In this document: positions 26,727 through 33,306 of the stretch, in pieces
How positions within the stretch are numbered: position 1 is the stretch's first letter
Layout of the letters: the number at the start of each line of letters is the position of its first letter
Virus record (IMG/VR): IMGVR_UViG_3300037475_000079
Coordinates: 1-64,000 of that record
DNA: 64,000 bases
Source of the DNA: a virus
Reading direction: 5' to 3' (one strand)
Program-made: the position numbers and the translations under genes
The notes under the pieces: generated by a model
Databases searched by the model: none
What the model was told of the DNA's origin: nothing
Seen by the model: only the letters and a program-made list of their open reading frames with translations

Positions 26727-26981
26727 TCAGGATTTTGTCATGCCAAGTCCCCAGACCCATTCGAGATAATTATGTAGCCACGCTGGACCGCTCTCGTATG
26801 CCCAACGAGCCGGGGCGCAATAAGACCATGTAATCTTTCCGGCAACGCTATTATCGTTCAGGAGTATTCCGCGAACGTCCAGCCACGCAATTGGAAACAG
26901 GCTCAGCGGATACCCCACGAGCACCGCGACCAGCACCACGGTCACCCAAAACGCCACACCGGGTTTCTTGCGGTCAGTCAT
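26727..26981 (-). CDS. small membrane protein (transposon cargo)
   Basis: Starts MTDRKKPGVAFWVTVVLVAVLVGYPLSLF. Its ATG overlaps the upstream TGA. Confidence 0.45.
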   Translation of the reverse strand: MTDRKKPGVAFWVTVVLVAVLVGYPLSLFPIAWLDVRGILLNDNSVAGKITWSYCAPARWAYESGPAWLHNYLEWVWGLGMTKS

Positions 26982-27094
26982 GGTTTGCGCCGCATGAATA
27001 TGATGGTGGACACCAGAGCGATCAGGCACGCGACTACGACTGGAATCCAGACCGCCGGAACAATCTCGTAATACCGCGCAATGATCGGGCTCAT
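26978..27094 (-). CDS. 38-aa membrane peptide (below the ORF-track cut-off)
   Basis: MSPIIARYYEIVPAVWIPVVVACLIALVSTIIFMRRKP*, coupled to the next gene by an ATGA overlap. Confidence 0.35.
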   Translation of the reverse strand: MSPIIARYYEIVPAVWIPVVVACLIALVSTIIFMRRKP

Positions 27095-27131
27095 GCCCGC
27101 ATTCTACCCACGGTGGCGTGGGAGCGGGAAG

Positions 27132-27650
27132 CTAATTATTTCGTTTTGTAGCTTTTTGGAATTCCGGAAACAGGCCATCGCCCAATATTGGAATAGGGAC
27201 TGGTGGGAAGCCCATGCGCACGCTCATTGATTGAACGAATTCTCGCCAATAAGGCCAAACCATGCGAAGACCCGACACCTGTCCAAAAGCTAAGGCGTCA
27301 TCTTCTGGCGGTGCCGACGATTCTGGTTTTAGTTGGAATACAATACGAAACGTTGCCTCGATCAAAATTGGCTGTTCCAGTGTTTTGAAAAACGCAGTCA
27401 TATTGAGTTTAACGATGTAATTGAGCGCCTTTGATCCATCTACGCCCTCCCCAAAGGCTGATTTAATCTCGACGTCAAATTTTGCCTCTGCTGGACCTGA
27501 AAGAGGCGATACCGGATGTTTGTCTCGCGATGAACCGCAATTTTCCAAGCGGATAAAACTAACCGTGGTAACGTCCTTCGCGACTCTCACAGCTCTGGTC
27601 AATTCATCTTCACTCCGATCGGTCGGCGTTTTTTTAAGCTTTTTGGACAT
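27132..27650 (-). CDS. SecB-like chaperone (third component of a TAC module)
   Basis: 'GLRMVWPYWREFVQSMSVRMGFPPVPIPILG' parallels SecB '[32 protein letters not shown]', and the upstream beta-strand pattern is also SecB-like. Confidence 0.65.
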   Translation of the reverse strand: MSKKLKKTPTDRSEDELTRAVRVAKDVTTVSFIRLENCGSSRDKHPVSPLSGPAEAKFDVEIKSAFGEGVDGSKALNYIVKLNMTAFFKTLEQPILIEATFRIVFQLKPESSAPPEDDALAFGQVSGLRMVWPYWREFVQSMSVRMGFPPVPIPILGDGLFPEFQKATKRNN

Positions 27651-28047
27651 GGTGAAGCGGCCGTTCAGTTTTGGTTTCCGGGAATTTCAGAATCCATCCG
27701 TCCGAGTCATCTTCAAATTGATTCGCAGAGAATGGAAAGCTCATCTGAAGCTTAATTCCAGTGCCAGAACTTGCCGGCCTAATCGTCGGGACAAATTCAT
27801 GTCCGAGCACCAAAAACACATCGGCTATTGTCCGAATCGTCATGTTTGCGCTGCCGTCCAAAAGCTGAGTGATATAGCCCTTGGTTTTCCCCAGTCTTGC
27901 CGCAAGCTCAGAACGAGTCACGCCGGCCTCATCCATGACGTCACAGACGAGATCCGTTGTATCCAATATTGACCGCTCCTGGTTCCATAGTAGCGCTCCC
28001 TCTTTGGAAGACGTTAAACGATCCTTCAGACTGGTCCATTTCGTCAC
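27634..28047 (-). CDS. XRE-family HTH antitoxin (HigA-like) with ~45-aa C-terminal extension
   Basis: HTH 'GVTRSELAARLGKTKGYITQLLDG'. Overlaps both the toxin and the chaperone genes. Confidence 0.7.
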   Translation of the reverse strand: MTKWTSLKDRLTSSKEGALLWNQERSILDTTDLVCDVMDEAGVTRSELAARLGKTKGYITQLLDGSANMTIRTIADVFLVLGHEFVPTIRPASSGTGIKLQMSFPFSANQFEDDSDGWILKFPETKTERPLHHVQKA

Positions 28048-28451
28048 TTATTCTGTCCCCCCTTTTCGTTAACCCTCTCCCATTGAAAATGTTCGGCTGC
28101 AATATTCTGGGCGTGCGTGATTGCCCCTTGTGGGCATTTCCCACGACCGCCAGCTTTCTTGATTCGATGCGTCAGAAGGACTCTCGGGCCGATGCGATAA
28201 CACAGCAATCTGTGGTCGCCTCGCTTGAACTCCCAAATATCTCCGTCAAGTTGCCGAAATTGCTCTTTGTTTGGAATTCGTCCAGAATCAACAAGGCGAC
28301 GAAACAAAACGTCAAAACTGGCTAGAACATTGACAGGACTTTTGTCGAACCACGACTTCGCTTCCATCGTTCCATCGGCGCGAATGGCAAATTCAACAGT
28401 GCCATAGCGACCCTTTTCCAGCGTTCTATCGTCGCGAGATGGGGCAGCCAT
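28044..28451 (-). CDS. HigB/RelE-superfamily toxin (Gp49-like)
   Basis: 'LDGDIWEFKRGDHRLLCYRIGPRVLLTHRIKKAG..P..AITHAQNIAAEH' fits the Gp49/HigB pattern. The toxin-first gene order is typical of HigBA. Confidence 0.7.
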   Translation of the reverse strand: MAAPSRDDRTLEKGRYGTVEFAIRADGTMEAKSWFDKSPVNVLASFDVLFRRLVDSGRIPNKEQFRQLDGDIWEFKRGDHRLLCYRIGPRVLLTHRIKKAGGRGKCPQGAITHAQNIAAEHFQWERVNEKGGQNK

Positions 28452-28610
28452 GAAGTTTATCTTAAACTAAACCACTGGTCAACGAAAAATCGAGATATAT
28501 TTGCGATCTCAATTCAATCATCTCAGCGAACCCGATGCGCATTGTGGTGTCAAGCGGATATGCACATTTCTTTATTCATCAATGACCGTCCGTTCACCCC
28601 GATGTAGTTC

Positions 28611-28705
28611 GGAGAACGGCCCGCGCCCTGGCGGCGCAGCAGACTTATACCCTGAAGGAGGGGACCGGCAGGCTGCCGGCTTGGGTTCGATTCCCCCGCT
28701 CTCCG
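28611..28705 (+). other. tRNA-like remnant (not a functional tRNA)
   Basis: GGGTTCGATTCCC T-loop-like box, a 6-bp CCGGCA/TGCCGG variable-arm-like hairpin, and a 6/7 acceptor pairing (GGAGAAC/GCTCTCC). The D and anticodon arms do not fold. Confidence 0.25.
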
Positions 28706-28711
28706 CTCGCT

Positions 28712-28894
28712 CTATCGAGTGTCACGCTTGGCGGCTCTGTTAAGCCGGTCACGAATCCAAGCGGCAAGAGACATTCCAGATTCGTCGGCGGCTGACCGCC
28801 ATGCGGTCTTGTCGGCGCTCGTCAGCCGCAACTGGAACACTTCTTCCGCGCGTTCGTCGGCTGGCTTCGGTGGTCGTCCACGCTTGGCTTTCAT
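28712..28894 (-). CDS. ribbon-helix-helix DNA-binding protein (paralogue 1 of 3)
   Basis: Basic N-terminus, then 'FQLRLTSADKTAWRSAADESGMSLAAWIRDRLNRAA' (strand-helix-helix pattern). Confidence 0.55.
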   Translation of the reverse strand: MKAKRGRPPKPADERAEEVFQLRLTSADKTAWRSAADESGMSLAAWIRDRLNRAAKRDTR

Positions 28895-28900
28895 GGCTGG

Positions 28901-28971
28901 ATTGTAATTACAAGAAATCTTTTGTCAACCGCTGATTTTCTGTTGACACCTGACTAAATGTAATTACAATA
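28901..28971. promoter_or_regulatory. mirror-image divergent promoters with TGTAATTACA palindromic operators
   Basis: Minus: TTGACA (28923-28928), 16 nt, TACAAT (28901-28906). Plus: TTGACA (28943-28948), 16 nt, TACAAT (28965-28970). Each -10 is embedded in TGTAATTACA. Confidence 0.5.
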
Positions 28972-29107
28972 AAGCCAGTGAAAGAGAAAACCCCGATCAG
29001 TGTTATCAGCACCGACCGGGGCGAGAACACAACCCGGCGAATCGCCGAATCGCGTCCCTGACAAGAACGATTCTAAACGATTCGCCCCCACAAAGGGAGA
29101 GCGAATC

Positions 29108-30061
29108 ATGGCATGTCCGAAATGCGGATCAGAGAACGTAAAGGCCAACGGAAAGCATCGGAACGGGAGTCAGCGGTTCAAGTGTCGTGACTGCAAGAAA
29201 ACATTCACGGAAAATCGCCTCAAGCCGCTTGGCGACATGCGGCTGCCGGTCGAAAAGGCATTGAACATTCTCCGGCTGCTGCTCGACGGCATGTCGATTC
29301 GCGCGTGTGAACGGTTCACGGGCGTCTGCCACAAGACGATTTGTGACATGATTCTTGAGGTCGGTGATCGATGCGGACAGTTCCTTTCAGACCGCCTGCA
29401 AGGCGTGCCGGTTTCCGACGTGCAGTGTGATGAAATTTGGTCGTTCGTCGGCATGAAGGAGCGGACGAAAACGAACACGCACAATAGCGACCCGCTCATG
29501 GGCGACAGCTATTGCTACGTCGGACTGGAACGCGATACGAAACTGATCGTCTCGTACCTGCTCGGAAAGCGCGACGAATTCGACACGCATGAATTCGCGT
29601 CCGGTTTGCGGCGCGCGACGGCGGGACGGTTCCAGCTTTCGACAGATGGGTGGCAGCCGTACTACACCTACATGCCGCTCGAATTCGGGCAGCGGATTGA
29701 CTTCAGCACGATAATCAAGACGTTCGCCAATGCACCGCGCGGGAGCGGGAGGTACTCGCCGGGTGAGATAGTGACGATCAACAAGCGCCCGGTTGTCGGT
29801 GATCCCGACTTGTCTCGCGTTTGCACTTCGCACGTCGAGCGATCGAACTTGACAATTCGCATGTCTATTCGCCGCTGGACCCGGCTCACGAATGCATTCT
29901 CGAAATCGTGGAAGCACCACAACGCCATGATGGCAATTTTCGTCGCGTTCTATGATTTCTGCCGGACCCACATGACGCTCAAGACGACTCCCGCTGTCGC
30001 GGCTCGCTTGACGGATCATCCGTGGACACTTGAGGAATTGCTGACGGCAGCCGCGATATAG
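29108..30061 (+). CDS. IS1-family transposase (single ORF with N-terminal zinc finger)
   Basis: 'MACPKCGSENVKANGKHRNGSQRFKCRDCKKTF', DDE candidates 'VQCDEIWSF', 'LSTDGWQPY', 'SHVERSNLTIRMSIRRWTRLTNAFSK', and 'FYDFCRTHMTL'. Confidence 0.8.
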   Translation: MACPKCGSENVKANGKHRNGSQRFKCRDCKKTFTENRLKPLGDMRLPVEKALNILRLLLDGMSIRACERFTGVCHKTICDMILEVGDRCGQFLSDRLQGVPVSDVQCDEIWSFVGMKERTKTNTHNSDPLMGDSYCYVGLERDTKLIVSYLLGKRDEFDTHEFASGLRRATAGRFQLSTDGWQPYYTYMPLEFGQRIDFSTIIKTFANAPRGSGRYSPGEIVTINKRPVVGDPDLSRVCTSHVERSNLTIRMSIRRWTRLTNAFSKSWKHHNAMMAIFVAFYDFCRTHMTLKTTPAVAARLTDHPWTLEELLTAAAI

Positions 30062-30075
30062 GACCGGAAACGACC

Positions 30076-30114
30076 AACCCCGCCGGAGTGATTCGGCGGG
30101 GTTCTTGTATTTTC
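30076..30114 (+). terminator. rho-independent terminator after the transposase gene
   Basis: AACCCCGCCG-gagtgatt-CGGCGGGGTT followed by a T-rich tail. Confidence 0.6.
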
Positions 30115-30127
30115 GAGACTTTGTATA

Positions 30128-30172
30128 TTATGCAAGATCCCCCTTGACAATCGTTGCATATCTTGCATAATT
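30128..30172 (+). promoter_or_regulatory. promoter with TTGCATA operator repeats for the second TA pair
   Basis: TTGACA (30144-30149), 17 nt, ATAATT (30167-30172). Inverted repeat TTATGCAAGAT/ATCTTGCATAA. Three copies of the heptamer TTGCATA/TATGCAA. Confidence 0.5.
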
Positions 30173-30225
30173 GAATGCGGCTGGGGCGGCACGAGTGCCG
30201 AAACATTTTCAGGGGAGTCTTGACC

Positions 30226-30681
30226 ATGCCGGACGATGCTAAATCGCAAATCGAGAAACCGCAGCAATCTCTTACTGTAGTTGCGCTCGACTGGGCCAAG
30301 GACGAAGGAAGGCGGATTCTGACGAATGAGCAATACTGGCACGTCGTCAGATACATCAAGCGGCTAGTCGAATTTGGCGACAAATCGGCAATGTCAGACC
30401 TCTCGATAAGCCAACTGGGGAGTGGATTTTGGGCACTTAAACTGAAGGGGCGGATCTTGAAAAAGATCAACCTCCGAATTTATTTCGCCCATGTTCCTGA
30501 AAGGAATGAAATTGTTGTGTTGATGGCCTACAAAAAAGAAGAAGATCGTCGCGTATGTCCAGCAGTTAAGTACCTTTTGGAGGACAGGCTTGAAGATTAC
30601 TTGGCGGGCCGCACAGAGCGGGCGAGCTATTTTTCTGGGGAAACGGGCGAACCACGGGGCTCTGAATCGGAGGGCGAATAA
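30226..30681 (+). CDS. RelE/HigB-like toxin (Gp49-like), second TA pair
   Basis: 'FWALKLKGRILKKINLRIYFAHVPERNEIVVLMAYKKEED'. GGGGAG lies 8 nt upstream of the ATG. Confidence 0.55.
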   Translation: MPDDAKSQIEKPQQSLTVVALDWAKDEGRRILTNEQYWHVVRYIKRLVEFGDKSAMSDLSISQLGSGFWALKLKGRILKKINLRIYFAHVPERNEIVVLMAYKKEEDRRVCPAVKYLLEDRLEDYLAGRTERASYFSGETGEPRGSESEGE

Positions 30682-31166
30682 TGAGTGTCACAATCGAAAA
30701 AAATAATGCGGCGGTTGAGAAAGAGCGCGTCCAGGATCTGTTGCTTGCATATACAAAACTGCCGAAGAAAAAAAAGGATCGCGTCGAAAAGCTGGTGGAA
30801 TTGCTCAGAACGGCCGACCCTGGCAGTGAAGAGCAGCGGGAGATCGCCGGTGCGATCGCCGAAATCCTCATTCCGCATATAATCGGAAGGAGTCAATCGC
30901 GACCAGTGGATTTGGAGGAAGGGATTTCATCTGCTGGACGCCAAAGCGTTGATGCGTATCACAAAAGCGTTGGCGAAGCGATCCGCAATGCGAGGGACGA
31001 AGCAGGCATGACGCAAGAGATGTTGGCGAAAAATAGTGGCTTGCCGCAGAGCCACATCAGTAGGCTGGAAGCTGGAATCCACGCCCCGACGAACAAGACG
31101 ATTGAGAAAATTGCGGAAGCTCTAAATATTGATCCATCAAAACTCGACCTGCTTTATGATTCATGA
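30681..31166 (+). CDS. XRE-family HTH antitoxin, second TA pair
   Basis: C-terminal HTH 'GMTQEMLAKNSGLPQSHISRLEAG..PTNKTIEKIAEAL'. The ATG overlaps the toxin stop. Confidence 0.65.
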   Translation: MSVTIEKNNAAVEKERVQDLLLAYTKLPKKKKDRVEKLVELLRTADPGSEEQREIAGAIAEILIPHIIGRSQSRPVDLEEGISSAGRQSVDAYHKSVGEAIRNARDEAGMTQEMLAKNSGLPQSHISRLEAGIHAPTNKTIEKIAEALNIDPSKLDLLYDS

Positions 31167-31193
31167 TTGTCAGGGCGTGATGTTTCTTACAAA

Positions 31194-31225
31194 AGCCAGC
31201 CGTCCGATGACGGTTGGCTTTTTCG
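31194..31225 (+). terminator. rho-independent terminator after the second TA pair
   Basis: 11-bp stem AGCCAGCCGTC/GACGGTTGGCT (one G-U pair), loop CGAT, then a T-run. Confidence 0.55.
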
Positions 31226-31269
31226 CTTTCCACTCGCCCTCCCGTCGCCATCCAGGGTATGATTGCGGC

Positions 31270-31404
31270 ATGAACATTTGGCCTGAACTTCTGGTGTGGG
31301 GCGTCCTGCTGGCGGTGGCCGGCTATCAGCTATTCGATCTCGCGCGAGACTTGGACGCACGCGATAAAAAGTCGCGGTCGCAATCGCCCGATTCCGCTCC
31401 CTGA
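31270..31404 (+). CDS. possible 44-aa membrane peptide
   Basis: MNIWPELLVWGVLLAVAGYQLFDLARDL.. ends 11 nt before the right terminal repeat. No clear RBS. Confidence 0.25.
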   Translation: MNIWPELLVWGVLLAVAGYQLFDLARDLDARDKKSRSQSPDSAP

Positions 31405-31415
31405 CCGGACGAGCC

Positions 31416-31440
31416 AGCACCGCATTGTCTAGCCAGTACC
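31416..31440 (-). repeat. right terminal inverted repeat
   Basis: The reverse complement is GGTACTGGCTAGACAATGCGGTGCT, 23/25 identical to the left repeat. Confidence 0.75.
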
Positions 31441-31448
31441 CAAACTCT
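31441..31448. repeat. target-site duplication, right copy (CAAACTCT)
   Basis: Identical to 26659-26666. Confidence 0.75.
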
Positions 31449-31534
31449 ACAACATCAGCCGGGTTGACCGCGCCGTCTTCGGAGCGGCTGCGAATCAGTT
31501 CGATTTCTTCACGAATCTTGTCGCTTGACTTCAT
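31441..31534 (-). pseudogene. 5' part of the phage gene split by the transposon
   Basis: GGAGG RBS, then MKSSDKIREEIELIRSRSEDGAVNPADVVEF. After 31441 the frame runs into the terminal repeat and turns Arg/Pro-rich. Confidence 0.7.
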
Positions 31535-31555
31535 TTTTAACCTCCATGCTTAGAG

Positions 31556-31830
31556 TTGGTTTTCCTGCCGTTCCGGTCCATTCGCGACCTCTGCGGTCCA
31601 ATCCTCTCCGATCCGTTCCGGCCATTACTATCCTGTCGTTTCCACTCCGATCCGGTACGGGCCTATCCGGCCTCTCCGTTCCTCTCCGCTGCCCTCCGAT
31701 CCATTCCCGTCCTATCCACTCCACCCCTGCCACTCCCTTCCATTCCCCACCATTCCGCATCTTTCCGGTCCTATCCAGCCATTCCGCTGCCTACCTATCC
31801 GCACCGATCCGTACCATACCGTTCCGGCCT
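31556..31830 (-). repeat. strand-asymmetric heptamer array B (GGAWNGG on the transcribed strand)
   Basis: About 33 TCC triplets in ~275 nt by hand count. Recurring CCGTTCC, CCATTCC, CCGATCC and CCTATCC words. Open in most frames because stop codons are depleted. Confidence 0.6.
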
Positions 31831-32519
31831 TACTGAATCACATCAAACGTGCCCCAGCCCATGCCCGGAGAATCCTTCGATGACGGACGGCCTTCGAGAA
31901 CGCCGCAGCTTGCGCCAGCATGCGCCAGCAGATTGGCAATGTCCTGAAGCGTGAACGCATCAGCGTCGAAGCGAATCGTGACGACAGCTTCCCAGCCAGA
32001 GTTGAACTTGGCACGCGCTCGAAGATCGCACGATCCGTTGTCGTTGCGTACCGGGGAAACCATCATCTCTGGTTTCCCCTTCGTCAACTTTACGAGCGGC
32101 GTGAAATCCTCCGACTCTCCATCAGGCAGCACGTTGAACGCCTGCTTTGCCGCAGCCATCGAGAAGTCAATGGCCGGTGAGCGGCAGGCGTCAATCAGCG
32201 CATGACGGAACGACGCGCACGGAATTCCGAGCCATCCATCATTCGAGATGTGCTTCGACGCTTCATAGCAGGCGTCGAAATCCTTGGCGTCTCGCTTGCG
32301 GTTTTTCTTCGCCGTGCATCCGGCCTTCTGGTCGCTCTCCATTTTGTCCTTGGCCTTTTGGCTGAACTTGTTCATCACGAGCCATGCGTTCCCGCGCACC
32401 TTGAATTGCGCGACCTGCCGATTCGGTGCCTTGATTGTGACGTGCCGCGTCTCGACGGTCGCCGCAATTCGATTGACGCCGTTCGTTCCGTTCTTCGTTG
32501 CCGTTGCCATCTCAAACAC
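31830..32519 (-). CDS. hypothetical head-region protein
   Basis: 229-aa ORF with protein-like composition. Family not recognised. Confidence 0.5.
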   Translation of the reverse strand: MFEMATATKNGTNGVNRIAATVETRHVTIKAPNRQVAQFKVRGNAWLVMNKFSQKAKDKMESDQKAGCTAKKNRKRDAKDFDACYEASKHISNDGWLGIPCASFRHALIDACRSPAIDFSMAAAKQAFNVLPDGESEDFTPLVKLTKGKPEMMVSPVRNDNGSCDLRARAKFNSGWEAVVTIRFDADAFTLQDIANLLAHAGASCGVLEGRPSSKDSPGMGWGTFDVIQ

Positions 32520-32651
32520 TCCTGATTAAAAGCGAAAACCCGATATCCTGGCCGGTCAGACCTGCGGAAATCGGGCTTCGCGTAAACTTCTGATTTGGCT
32601 GACCGGCCATTGGCCACATTGTACCCACGATGCGGCAACGGTCAACCCACA

Positions 32652-32680
32652 TTGCAAAGAATCCCGATTTATGCGATATT
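32652..32680 (+). promoter_or_regulatory. promoter for a leaderless ribbon-helix-helix gene
   Basis: TTGCAA, 17 nt, GATATT, then 7 nt to the ATG at 32688. Confidence 0.4.
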
Positions 32681-32687
32681 CCCGCGA

Positions 32688-32861
32688 ATGAAGAAGCCCA
32701 AGCCGAAGAAGGCGACCGATACGACGTTCAAGTTTCGCTGCCATACTGCGGACCTTGAAGCATTCCGCATTGCGACCGAGGCGGCTGGCCTTAACGGGAA
32801 CCTGACGGCATGGATTCTTCAGACGCTACGCAAGGCTGCGAGAGAACAGACGAAATCCTAA
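32688..32861 (+). CDS. ribbon-helix-helix DNA-binding protein (paralogue 2 of 3)
   Basis: MKKPKPKKATDTTFKFRCHTADLEAFRIATEAAGLNGNLTAWILQTLRKAA. A lone + strand gene inside the minus-strand head module. Confidence 0.5.
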   Translation: MKKPKPKKATDTTFKFRCHTADLEAFRIATEAAGLNGNLTAWILQTLRKAAREQTKS

Positions 32862-33025
32862 TGCCGCTCCCGTTTTGCCGTACACTTACACACCGGCCAC
32901 TGCCAGCAGCGCAGGTATCTGCATCCGGCGCGTGTCGTATAGACCAGCATTGCGCCTCCGCACTCGGGACATGCCGGGCGAATCAGCGGCTCGCGTTTGG
33001 GTTTCTTCTGTGCCGTCGTGGCCAT
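32858..33025 (-). CDS. small zinc-ribbon protein
   Basis: Start at MATTAQKK overlaps the upstream stop. Contains 'CPECGGAMLVYTTRAGCRYLRCWQWPVCKC'. Confidence 0.45.
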   Translation of the reverse strand: MATTAQKKPKREPLIRPACPECGGAMLVYTTRAGCRYLRCWQWPVCKCTAKRERH

Positions 33026-33306
33026 CAGAGAATGAGTCCTTTCAATAGCGTCGCACAAATAGCAATAGCGATAGAAATCAGTCCCCATGTAATACTTAGT
33101 GACATCCTAAGCCGAAGAACACGCCTCTCGGATGACATCCACTTGTCATGAAATTCATTTGCCTTGGCGGCGTACCGTTCGCACCGATCGAGTGCTGAAT
33201 TGCAATTCCTGTCACTGATTTCGAATGCCTGCTCCAGCATCGCAAACGAAGTTTTCCCCATTTCTTCATTGCGGAGACAGGCATCGCTCATTTTCAGTTC
33301 TGTCAT
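33025..33306 (-). CDS. hypothetical protein with C-terminal transmembrane helix
   Basis: 93 aa ending in 'ITWGLISIAIAICATLLKGLIL'. Confidence 0.45.
   Translation of the reverse strand: MTELKMSDACLRNEEMGKTSFAMLEQAFEISDRNCNSALDRCERYAAKANEFHDKWMSSERRVLRLRMSLSITWGLISIAIAICATLLKGLIL

Larger units (their letters stand above)
26667..31440. mobile_element. 4774-bp cargo transposon (IS1-type transposase plus passenger genes)
   Basis: 25-bp terminal inverted repeats (23/25 identical), an 8-bp direct target duplication, one internal transposase gene, and interruption of a reconstructable ORF. Confidence 0.75.

Noticed and set aside
26419-26760. 113-aa minus-strand ORF (MGLGTWHDK...)
   Set aside because: It starts inside the transposon, reads across the left terminal repeat and the target duplication, then continues out of frame with the split gene. 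After the first ~38 aa it is Ser/Arg-rich.
28611-28705. Intact long-arm tRNA (Ser/Leu/Sec type)
   Set aside because: No foldable D-arm or anticodon stem, and the T-stem has only 3 base pairs. Kept only as a tRNA-like remnant.
29030-30103. Short IS1 element bounded by AACCCGGCGAATCGCC (left) and the terminator hairpin (right)
   Set aside because: The similarity is weak (~13/16) and one arm is simply the terminator stem. The 25-bp ends at 26667 and 31440, with an 8-bp duplication, explain the element much better.
31187-31440. Downstream two-thirds of the 115-aa ORF 31187..31534
   Set aside because: Only the first 31 codons (31441-31534) belong to the interrupted phage gene. Beyond that the frame enters the right terminal repeat and transposon interior, and the sequence becomes Arg/Pro/Ala-rich.
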